Origin: Trichoplax adhaerens
Taxonomy: Eukaryota > Animalia > Placozoa
Direction of reading: 5' to 3'
DNA: 64,000 nt
NCBI RefSeq assembly: GCF_000150275.1
Contig: NW_002060947.1
Location: 1,357,199 to 1,421,198, forward strand
Shown in pieces: positions 13,653 through 25,884 of the stretch. Under the pieces are notes generated by a model. That model had not been told where the DNA came from and searched no databases. It saw nothing but the letters and a program-made list of their open reading frames with translations. The number at the start of each line of letters is the position of its first letter. The first letter of the stretch is position 1. The position numbers were made by a program, and so were the translations under genes.

Positions 13653-14942
13653 TACGTATGGCTATGAGTATGGCTGTTGTAACATTGAAGTAGTCACTGT
13701 AACCAATAGCATGGTTGTTGCGATGCCAACATGAATGTTGGTTGTTATACTGTATCTTAACAGGATGTGGATTATTGAGTAAGATCGAATGTGGTTGTCC
13801 TTGATCATGGATGGGGATAACATTAGGCATGGATTGAAGCTATTTCTTCAATTGATCGGATAGAGCATATTGTCATCAATTACTCATCTTGTTATGATGC
13901 AATCTTATCCATCATGGAGTGGTCAAGATAGACATCATTAAGCAGGAGCATCTTGCATCGATCGTAGCTAATGATGATGATGATCCATAACACACTCTCC
14001 ATTGACAGACACACACCTACCGTACTATCCTTAGTTTACAAGGTAGACTAGAGCAATGGGTAACAAGACTTTGATTATGTTACTCAATGTCGAATGATGG
14101 GCCAAAAAAGAAAATCGACTCATCACAACGATTCCATTACGCTCTTTCAGCTGGAATCGATTAGTAATTCTTCCCCACCCGTTTCTGAACGAACTACGAT
14201 ACTTTGAAAAACTATTCCACTCAAGAATACACTTGGCCACCGACATATTTCATCTCCTCTACTATCCTTTCCAGTGGATAATATTACCTTGTCCATTCTA
14301 CAGTAGTTGCCGATGATCATCCTTTCCCCTTTCAAACGTCAACAACCATCCAAACTAACAAGATCAAATGCTTCATAACCAATATATCAACATCGATACC
14401 TGCTGAGCCTTGGTTGTCGTATTTTTTTTTTCTCCTCCTTTTTCTTCCTTTTCCAAGCGTTGGTCGATGGTAGAATTAATTGGCAGAGAACAGATGCAAT
14501 CCAACAATTTGGTGGCAAGCTAATTTAGTGGAAAGATGTCACTCTAGTGTCTTTCACCCTCTCCACTGTGTCAATACTGTACAATTGAAAGACAATAATC
14601 AGTCTATTATCCGGTATAGTATCGTTGCAAAGTCGTGAACGCCTACTCCACTCGATACGGTACCCTACCTGGGACACCATGGTCAACTCAACAATACGCT
14701 ACAGTATGCTTGTCTGACTGCCCAGTGGAGCATAGTACAACTGGGCTGTCTTTGTTGCGGGTGACCCTGATTACCCTCAATCATCCTGTGATTGACAGGT
14801 TACAGTCCACCTGACCGATATTCGATTTTAGTACTAATGACACTGCTAGCGCTTTCTGCACTTGCGCAAATTTTAAACTGAAACGCTTCAACGTGGTTGG
14901 TCCGTTGAGGCTTCGAGAATGGATCCAAGCTTGCTTCTATCT

Positions 14943-14975
14943 TACTGTACAGTACAGTACTGTACAGTACAGTAG
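14943..14975. promoter_or_regulatory. TACTGTACAGTACAGTAC motif cluster at the probable JIP3 promoter
   Basis: Same motif as upstream of VBP1/POMP and RBM26. Minus-strand splice signals (acceptor about 12075; donors about 14018, 14399 and 14668) suggest non-coding JIP3 exons reaching about 14.8 kb. Confidence 0.5.
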
Positions 14976-15002
14976 TGAATAGGACAGTGAAATACTCTAC
15001 TG

Positions 15003-15808
15003 TAGTTTCTTATTGGCCTCAACGACTACGGTTAACCTTCAAAATGGCCATTGGTAAAATGAGCAATGCGGACTTGGTCAATAGGGTTGCTTAGAGGGGC
15101 AGCAGGACACTATTGCAAACACTTTACTCTAGTTTCTTATTAAGCTTAACAGCCTCAACGACTACGGTTAACCTTCAAAATACCCATTGGTAAAATGAGC
15201 AATGTGGACTTGGTCAATAGGGTAGCTTAGAGGGGCAGCAGGACACTATTGCAAACACTTTACTCTAGTTTCTTATTGGGCTTAACAGCCTCAACGACTA
15301 CGGTTAACCTTCAAAATGGCCACTGGTAAAATGAGCAATATGGACTTGGTCAATAGGGTAGCTTATAGAGGGGCAGCAGGACACTATTGCAACTTGCAAA
15401 CACTTTACTATAGTTTCTTATTGGACTCAACAACCTCAACGACTACGGTTAACCTTCAAAATGGCCACTGGTAAAATGAGCAATATGGACTTGGTCAATA
15501 GGGTAGCTTATAGAGGGGCAGCAGGACACTATTGCAATTTGCAAACATTTTACTATAGTTTCTTATTGGGCTCAACGACTACGGTTAACCTTCAAAATGC
15601 CCATTGGTAAAATGAGCAATGTGGACTTGGTCAATAGGGTAGCTTAGAGGGGCAGCAGGACACTATTGCAATTTGCAAACACTTTACTATAGTTTCTTAT
15701 TGGGCTCAACGACTACGGTTAACCTTCAAAATGCCCATTGGCAAAATGAGCAATACGGACTTGGTCAATAGGGTAGCTTTAGAGGAACAGCAGGACACTA
15801 TTGCAAAC
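15003..15808. repeat. Tandem array of six 118-145 bp units
   Basis: Units start TAGTTTCTTATT at 15003, 15130, 15266, 15411, 15556 and 15690. Shared core: CTCAACGACTACGGTTAACCTTCAAAAT...GGACTTGGTCAATAGGGT...GCAGGACACTATTGCAA. Confidence 0.97.
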
Positions 15809-18800
15809 TATAGGTATTCATTGAATGGCTGCAGCAGCCATGAAGTCGTTTGTTTGAAGCTTAACTTACTACTGACTTGAAGTCATTACACACTGTTGCA
15901 GGCAGCCCACAAATGGACGAAAGCAATAATCAATAATATGAATATTATTTTCTCACGCCTGTATTATGTATTTTTATTCTCAGGAAATCTCAACAAGCAG
16001 AATAAAAGCTTCAATAATACTCTTTCTCAAATCAATTCCACCGTAGAATCGAGTGGATCCTCTTTTGTTCGATCTGAAAATAAATAAATCAATAATCGTC
16101 AACGAGTGTGATAGTAAAGCGAGGACTCGTAGCATGAGTAAACAGTGAGTAGGACCATTATCCGTGATCATGAAAGAAAATAATGTCAAGGAAAATAGTA
16201 GAACCACAGAAGATACTGCCACCTTATAGCATGATTGCGTACACGTATTGGATGAAAATGGATCATTCGCATAACACAAACTACAACAGCACAGTAGCAT
16301 GGAGATGAAGCTTGAATTGCTTATGCACTATCGAATCTAACAATGCTTGATCATTTACTAATCCAAAGACCGCTACGCCTACTATGCAAATACGCATATT
16401 ACAGAGTGGAAGATCAATCGAGACTTGGCATCCCATTCTTTCCCCTTAAATTCTTCAACCCTTCTACAAAACTCACAAGGGCTTAATCCTACTCTACTGA
16501 AGAATCCATACGGACAGTAACGATCCACTGTATTATCGCTATTGTGAACCTTAGATTGGGCCTATCTGCAGGCCAGACTGTAAATACAATCGCCCCTCTT
16601 TAATGAAAAGATGGCTAAAATCACTCGCTAAAGATATTCGCTTTGAAATGACCCTTTTATAACAGCTTGATTGTATAACAGAATAGAATGCATGGCAAAA
16701 TTGTGCACCAATGAAACAATCTCTATTTTGTAATACAGTTGACTTAATTTCACAGACTTGGAAGTAAATACAAGCCATAAAGTAAATAAAGATATGTTCG
16801 TAATGAACTTCGTCAAGTCTCTCTGAATTCCAAATAAACCCCATCTATTTACGCCTTCAAATACGATAAAACGGCCGATTTTGCTACAAATAGCCTACAA
16901 AACGATACGATTTTAAAATAAACAAATTATTATACAGGTGATCTGCCCAAAATTTGAACAGTGAGCTTTTCAGCGCGTACAGAGATAATATGCGTAAACT
17001 AGTAAAAAGAGTTCATTCAATTGGATAAATTAAAAGTTACCGTATTCCTAAAATATTGATAACAGTTTACTGCTCTAGTTATACGCGTGCTGTATGAGGA
17101 GTTTTACCTCCTTTTAATCTCATGCGATTTTTCACACCAAATATGCTTAAAGTTGAGAATTAGTCATCAGTAATAAGCAATATAATGCTTAATACCTATC
17201 AACATTATTCTTTCCTATTCGTAAACTGCGCTGACATAGTACTCATCTAATAAATTGGCAATGATAATCACATTGCTTCACAAGGCGAATTCTTGATTAG
17301 AATCGAGGCAATTTGAGATGGAACAGCTAGTTGAAGGCATTAAGCTAATCTTAAGACAGATTAGAATCATATCGCCAGTAAGAAAGTACGAGCTTATTAA
17401 TACTAACTGTAATTGTAGAAATGGCGACGATGCAGTATATCCTTTAAAGCCGACAATTAATTTACTATATATAATTGTCAAAATCAGTTGATCTTTCGTA
17501 GTCATGTACCAAGTTCCACTAAAATAGCGCAGTTCAGTAACTAGAAATTGACCTATTCCATCCACTATTTTGCAGCAAATTGCAAATATCTTTCTATTTA
17601 TTAAAAATACTCTATTAACGGTAAACATGAAATATGCAGGCGATATGTCAATCGAGTTCGCTAAAATTTTTGAAAGAAATGAAATGAAAGCAATTATCGC
17701 AAGTTATATGTTGAGTTGGGTGATTAATTGATATGATGAACAAATTACAGAATATTAAAGAGGAAAGGTTATAGCAGTAGTAATAAACAACAAAGCCTAT
17801 GTCTAGGCGAATATCAATCGGCTACCGTATCCTACAGCCATGATGAATAGGTAACCACAGAGTACGTGAATTAACGATTGTGAATTAACGATCAACAAGG
17901 GCTAAATTAAGTATGCATATAAGTTATAAGAAAAAGGAAATGAAAGCAAATACGAACGTTATGCAATATGTTGATTAGACTTAAGTCATACGATATCCTA
18001 GTATGTATATTAGACCAGTTTCCGTGCTAATATCAAATAACAATACACTTATATCTATAATCATGATGATAGTCGATTAGAGAGTATTGATATATGTAGA
18101 ATGAATGATAAATGAAGAGTAAGATTGAAGTAGTAAGTTCCCAGCAAAAAAATAAATGGCGAAATTATACGCTCTGACAACAGGATACTTAAGGCCGGAA
18201 TAACTTTTTAAATTTGCTTAGCAAAATATTTAATTACTATAGGTATTGACATTCCTATCGTGCAACTACACTTTCATAGTTTTCCAGTTTCGACGACTTC
18301 AATTAAAAAAATTCGAAATGAAATTCCACTTTTTAATATCGCTTAAATTGAGGATATCACGTTTACGCATATTAAGCGTCTTTCTGCATTTGACATTCGC
18401 GTAGTCAAGCAATGATATCAATCTTATCAAGCAACCCAATATTACTAAGTTAGATTGCAACGCCACATCGCAGGGCGGCAACCCAATTAATCTAGAAATA
18501 TCAAATTCCTTGCAAAGAAACAAAATCACCTCTACAAGGTACATTTATATTTTTGCACTTAAATCGCGTTTAAACATTCAAGATTGATTTATCCATAGGA
18601 AGAAATATACTATACAATATTACGGACCAAACCATTTTCTTATAATAAATTATACCAAATAAATAGCACTGAAAAAAGGATGATTGCTAAAGCCTTCTAT
18701 TTTATTATTATGTAATGATAACAAGGAAGGTACTTTACTGAGCTTAGAAATCTAATGTAAAATTCGTACATTTTTCCTGTTGATAACTCGTGACTGTATC

Positions 18801-19280
18801 ATGTCCTAATTTTGAAATTTTATTCACCATATTTAATCAGGTTCTATGTTTACCCAATAGAAGTTAAGATAATGAGATATATCACAAGGTTAAAATATTT
18901 TCCACTGCACTTACAGTCATAGCTATCCATACCTGGTAAGTAACGCTAGAAGATCCTTGTTATGGACACGCAATAATCCTTGAGAACTTTCGCATAACTT
19001 GGCAAGAAATTGCATTCTGCGACGTTTTCCCTACTTTCACGGCGTTTTGTAACATCTTATCAACTTATTCTCTCCTATTTTCAGGAATAGCTATAGCAAT
19101 ACCTTTCTTTCCATATACTGTACAACAAATAAAATACAGTAGATTATCCATTCCATTTCGTGACTGTAACTCTTCATCAACAATCCAATCTACCAACGAC
19201 CACTTTCTGGCCAATTGCAATAACTCAAGGACAATCTTTGCTTCGATTTCATTCAAGACTATCTTTTCAATAGAATAATA

Positions 19281-22200
19281 ATGAATAATTATACACCAAC
19301 TGATACCAAAGATGAGCTAGGCAAAAAGCAGTCATTTTCACTGGATTATGAGCCAAAAGTAAAAATAAAGAGTAATTTTCAAATAAATTTTTCTTATTCA
19401 TCACTTTCATACAATGATAAAATTTATCTTTAATTAAATGTCAATACCTATAATTTTAACTTGTACCCTCCATTAATCTGAAAACATGATCATGACCAAT
19501 TGGCCATATACGTTTGTAGTTGAATGAACAAGTTAGGAAAATCAAGAATAAAGCATACGATGATACCAACATCTTGAATGATATGAGGTTCTCTCTTACA
19601 ACAATTCTACTTTACTAGCATAGTTTGATGATCACTTTATAATATACCTCTAGTTGTAATGCTCAGCATAACATGGTATAATATTTCACTACGTGTTCTC
19701 TTTCGAACTTTTTACTTAAAATTTTTTATCTTACAGGACATTTATCAATAAAATAGCATCGGCCGAAAAAAAATATGCTGAGGTATGCATGTATTTTATC
19801 ATCACAAACAAATCATTCAGAGTCAAGAAAAACGATTTTACAGTCTAATAGCTAAAAGTAGTCAATCTTATTTCAATACTTTAATCTTATTCCCTACGTT
19901 AAATTCTTTTGCTTAGCTATCTAATTTCTTTAAACAATTAGAGACTAACAAAATTAGCAAATCAGTATTTGAAGAATTGCGAATCGCAATCTACAGATGA
20001 CCTGGAAAATCATGATGACCTAGAAGAATAGTAAGTGAACTCTAAAACCATCTTATGTGTCCATTTTGTACGTATTTTTCATATAACAAAACCTGTCTTT
20101 AATATAAAAATCGTACCCACCGCGGTATTGCTAGCCTTATTCAAGAATAGATCGTTTTTTATCATCATAATTTCAACTTGTTTTCTATTCCCAATAGACC
20201 AAATAGGCAATCTCAAGCAATGTGATTTTAAATTTAAATAACTTCTAGCGTAGTTTTCTTTTATCATTCATTATTATATTTCGAACTGATTATCGGCCTT
20301 ATTTCAACACGATGACACTGTTTATATTTCTTCAGTTCCACTAATTTGAAACTGCTCGTGTAGATTATAAGTTTTAAAATTCAGTATTAACATATTTATA
20401 AAACTGCAAATTAGAATTGGAGAAGAACGAATAAGAGCGTAATTTATATTAACCTTTCCTATAGAAAGATAGGGCGATTTTCTATCTTTAGCATTTTTGA
20501 TGAAATAATTAATATACCATTATAGACTGGAGTACACTCATGATGATCGTTACTCAATCTTAAATCTACGGTGCTTTTACTTAATCTCTCCATATCAAAT
20601 TTTCTTCATCAATGACCTGATTGTTGGATTTACACTCATTTTTATTACTCAATATTGCAACTACCCTCAACAGTAATAAAATACAAATGCAAACAAATAC
20701 CAGCAGTAATACATCAATACCATTTGCCAAGCTCTTATACCTTAAGAAACGTATACCTCTGCCCAGGGACTTTCTAATAACACCATCACCAAGAACACTT
20801 GAGAATTAATGAGTAATTGTAGCTTCGATTGTTTCAAATTACAAACTCTAAAGTGAATGAAAATCAATTTTGCTGCTCCAATGTTTTACCATCAATTAAC
20901 TCCGTAAATATCTACATAGCTAAAGTACTGAGACAGATCATAAACTCTGTTAAAAAATTTCAACTTTCATATCCATCTACTAAATAGAAGATCTATACTG
21001 TGCAGATAAACTATTAAATTATTGTAAGTTGAATCATTAGATATTCTTAAATTTCTTTACAGTACCATAAAATCGCTATGGATAAAATTTCTGACTTACT
21101 TCAACGAAGAAGGTAAGCTACACAATAATTGGGCAACATCCTTAGATGAATATGCAGATACCATTAATGCTGCCAGAACGTCAGAAGAAACTCAATTGCG
21201 AAACGTAAGATTAATGAGTTTCTCGCAGTTCAATTCTGTAGGAGTTGATGTCTATTTATGCATAATTATTATAATTGGCAACATTTGTCTTCTTCTCCTA
21301 TTACTAAATCAATTGCTTCTGATATTGTAGGCTATCGCTACGATGACAACTTCACATGGAGAAATTCGTAACCTACATAGCAAAATGATAAAAGTAAGAC
21401 GGTATAACATTTCGAAAACATATGTTATGCTGTTAGTACTATGTTTATCTCTTTTTACCTTTTATGTCCTTTTGCAGGCTCAACGCATTTACATTTCTTG
21501 CCAGAAAAAGCTAGTTTCTAAAAAGAAAAAGGCTTCTAAAGCGGGAGAGAAGTATTTAAATACAGAAAATGTTGCCCTTTTTTACTCAGCTGTGACATTA
21601 AGAAGTTATAGTAGACCAATATGAACGATTTCAATACTACCTATAGCGTTATGCGGCTAATTTTTTAACATGGGGATCGCTTAACTTTTCTGAAATTAAT
21701 TTTTAACAATCTTGATATGTTGATAAAATAGATTGACTGTTTGCATCGATGATAATGATCAATCGACCAAAGTAGAATTAATTTCAATTTGTAACACCAT
21801 GTCTAGAGCTAATCAAACAAGCCGATTCACATTTCCTAGCATGCAAAAGACTGTATCACTACCCAAATTTAAGGTAAATACATGTAGTATACAATACTAT
21901 AATACCCCTATGTACGGATATGGTAATATTTGCATTAGCAAATTTATCCTCGGTACAACTAAATAATAACCTCTCTCATTAAATAGTTTAACAGTGGCAC
22001 TACTGAAGCCGAAAAACAATCTGAAGCAGCTCTTAAAGAATATCAACGAAAAGTAAACGAGCTCAATGAATATTTCGTGAAATATCAAAACAAGCTACCG
22101 GAATTATTCAAGGTTTTTTTGATTAAACGAAGCTTAATTTATTTTAAACATAATTCGCAATAGAAAAGTGGATGATTATTAATAAATAAAAAATTTATCT

Positions 22201-23841
22201 GAAAGAGCATAGATCAAGGTCTGTACTCAGATATGCCAGTAAATTTTAATACAGTAGCCAATGAACAGATCAAGACTTTACAAGATTCAGAAAATAGAAT
22301 GAAGAAACTAGTCGAATTTTCAGAAATGGTATGTTAACATACATAACAGATTGGGTTGCAATTCCAGTTTTGGAGATTCTATGGTTTATTCTAGCTGGTA
22401 TAAATAAGTTATTTTCCATTTTAAGTCAAAGTGTAACATTTGCCTTTGAAAATATTAGGTCACACAAGAACGAAATTTAGACTTGTTCTTGTGCGAGACT
22501 GGTACACTTTACACAGAGCCTATTACATCAAGTGCTATAGAATACCAACCAGAAGTATATGTTGATTATAATCCGGTCCATTTCTAAAATTTGTTTATTA
22601 AATCATAGACTCTTCATTGTAAATATGTACTTTTATATATCAATTACTATAATATCGTTATAGAAAAATAAGTTTGGAAATGTAACATTTGAAGAATTCG
22701 AGAAAGAGAACGGCGGTAAGCTAGTGTCCTTCATGGGGAATTGATAGAGTATATAATAAAAATAAAACTATTTACTATTAGTAGCTGTATCATAAGCATC
22801 GGACGAATACAGAACAACAAATTCTGAAAATTATTGTCGATAATGCAATCAGAATTGACGTATTGCCATCAATGTGGATGATTTAATATCGTTTAACAAT
22901 ATATTAATGTTTTATTAACCTTGCTAATTATTACTCAATCATTCCAATCAGATCTTGACGCCAAAGGCTATCCTACAGTTCGCGATTGTAGTCGCGATTC
23001 GGGAGAAGACAGCTTTAGTGATGAAGATCGACGTGACAGCATGGACACATCTGTAAGTGAAACATTCTCGACACCATCGGTCATGCAAGCTAAGGTGTTA
23101 TATGATCATGAGGTAATTAGAGCAGTAAATAGTATGGAAACATTGCTTAAATTTGGATAACTAATATCATTATAATACAGCATCTGTATGGTTAACAACA
23201 TAAAATTTTGCAGGCTCAAGGTAAAGGTGAATTAACGGTCAAGACTGGAGAGTATGTTGATGTATTTATGGAAGGAAATGAGAATGGCTGGTGTAAGGTA
23301 TCTTATATGCTTTGATAAATAACTATTTCTGTTAGTGTAATTTCATCATTGCAATCTGTAGTAATTTCAAATACACGATTTAGGTTGAATCCAAACAAGG
23401 TCAAATCGGATTTGTACCAGAGCAGTATCTATCATGGGATCTTGAGACGGCGAAATCCGATGCCAAGGTATAGAAGCTGATGTATACCCGCTTTAAAATG
23501 TTCACATCGCAAGTATCTGCAAACTCAGATATACGTCCTTCTCATGCATACTCGTATTTTATATTGCTCTTATACTTAAACTTATGATACAGGAATATTT
23601 TATTTGGTATCGTCTAAAAATTTATACAAACTAACGCAATTATCTCAATTAGGATACACGCGATTTGATGCCAACTGCTTGGTCATCGTCGTTACTAACT
23701 GCTGTTAATACGGAAACAGACTACCGTCGTTCTTCCTTAGGGGCCTATGATAGTTTAAGACCCAAGAAACAAGGAACATATAGAAATAGAGCACAATCAG
23801 CCAATACAAGCTTGACTTTACAGCTTCCTCGCAAACATTGA
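19281..23841 (+). CDS. F-BAR plus SH3 protein, FCHSD1/2 (Nervous wreck)-like but with one SH3 domain
   Basis: Spliced exons give LNEQVRKIKNKAYDDTNILNDMR|TFINKIASAEKKYAE|RLTKLANQYLK, which resembles the FCHSD2 N-terminus. SH3 reads AKVLYDHE|AQGKGELTVKTGEYVDV...NGWCK|VESKQGQIGFVPEQYL. Last exon 23653-23841. The start codon is tentative. Confidence 0.82.
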
Positions 23842-25884
23842 TTTAAAACAATCAATAAATTCATCGCCTCGAAGATGGCGCTTGTCGATAATGCTTTCTA
23901 ATTGGGAATCACAATTCGATATTGTCTCTATCATTCTTTCAAAGTTAAAGAAAGTAAAATAACCCCTTGTGCTGCCATCGTAATTAAGTTAAGTTTTGTA
24001 GTATTATTAGTACTGCAGCAATAAGATTGTTTTTGGTTGTGTTTGCGTTAGAAATTCAGTTTTTCACAGTGTCAGAGTAGGTTTTAAGGCCGTCAACTTA
24101 AATCATTATCAGTTTTGCTCATAATTTACTGTGTATATGTACTCTATTCCCTTACTATGCATCTATTTCGCTTCGGAACGGGGCTGCAACGTGACTTATA
24201 AAGTTGGAAAGTGATCATTCTCATCAATTAACAAATTATAAATATCGCAGTGACCTTTACAAGTTTATGAACTACTTGCAGCTTAATGCTTTATAGGATG
24301 AGTTGACTACGCGAAGAAAAAATGGCTTTTCCTATTCCTATAATAAATTGATATATTTTGTCTTTATTGGATCATACCCTTCTTTCGCATTTATATGTAC
24401 CTAACGATTTCTTGATAGTCCTTACTTATGTTGCTCGTAAAGTACAATGTTGTTAATCGCTTATTTTAAATCCGATCATTATCATTATCGATGTGACAGA
24501 AAATCTCGATAATTAAGCAGCTAGATTGCAACTTACTTAAATCAGATATTTTATAATTTCATGTTAATTGACATCCTCTACCATCTATCTCTTCGAAAGT
24601 TCATGTTATGCTAGCTAATATCAGCCAATGTTATCTACTTAATTGAATAATACTGAACTGTATTTAGTAATATCCTTTATAGCACTATTTCTATGAAATA
24701 AAATTTCGTCAAAATGTCATACCCCTAGATAAAGAAATTAATTTCAACACAATTAATCTTCCTAAATACTATGATCAAATTTAAACTGCTACAATTTATA
24801 TTGCATATTTAAACTTGGTTGAGTGGATATGCAGTCGAAAATTTGGTTTCATTTTTTTGGCAATCAAACTACAGTTAAATTGCAACCAGCTGTACTACTG
24901 TATATTTAATCATTCATTTACTGTAGAATTTCCAAGTTCTATAACAAATAATATAAGCTAGCATGCCCTTGCATGCCCTCTATTAAATACTTTGTTAATA
25001 ATTAATGTACAGCGGATCTTCTCATTCCGAGGAAATGATCACAAGCAATAACGCCATTCCAGCCCGGCTTATTTGGACGTCGGGAGGTACGGATTACAAG
25101 TCTATTCGGCTCCCTTTAAGTAATATTATTTCTTAATGAAATGATCCAATTGTTGATCTGACCTAGTGCTTGAGAAACGAGAATTTCTTTAAATGTATCA
25201 GTAGCATTTAGTAGTATTTCATGCATTTCTCGTAAATAGAACTATTCTACTTAACACTTTCAACCGGCCCCTCCAGCATCTCTTGCGTTCCGTACTTCCG
25301 TACAGCTTTCTATATAAACCCTTTGGTCAGGTCCTAATGCTATACTGATACGGATAGTAGTCAGAAAAGTTGCTCTACTGTATGTTAACAGTGATATCCA
25401 CCTTCTCCACGATCAAGTACTTTATATTAGTCCACCATCAAACGCTGAAATCGTCAAATAAGAGCAAGGCTTATAGTATAATCGTTGCTAAAGGATTATA
25501 TTTCCCTTGGATGGAAATTACAAAGTTGAAACTACGTCGTTGTAGATACAGATCGTAAAGTTTGATTTGTAGTTTAGTGCTACTTAGTACTTACTGGCTT
25601 GAGTGCACTAATATACTGCATATACCGTGACATATATACGTAGCCTAGGGATCGCTTGAAATTCTGCTAAAGCTGCAATCCAACAACGACAAAAAGTATA
25701 CAGGAAGTGGATATACTGTACTACGCGTCTACTTGTACTTCGCTAGGATCCCTTTTATCACGTTTGGTTACCGCTGTTATTATCCAATATCCTCAAATAC
25801 TGTACTCTGGGCATTTTTGAAGCATAAGCCATATAGTCCTCTCTGTTGCAGTGAATCTTAACGTCAAACTGTGTAGAAGACGAT

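Noticed and set aside
14620-14940. Known snRNA, SRP, RNase P or tRNA gene
   Set aside because: No recognisable match to the U1, U2, U4, U11, U12 or SRP sequences as I recall them, and no cloverleaf; kept only as a hairpin finding.
15003-15808. CRISPR-like array
   Set aside because: Whole units are repeated with no unique spacers, there are no cas genes, and the context is eukaryotic.
23298-23382. U12-type intron in the FCHSD-like gene (GTATCTTA donor)
   Set aside because: No CTTAAC-like branch site near the acceptor.
24960-25560. Gene divergent from LAS1L
   Set aside because: GC-richer, but all frames are interrupted and no homology is recognisable.
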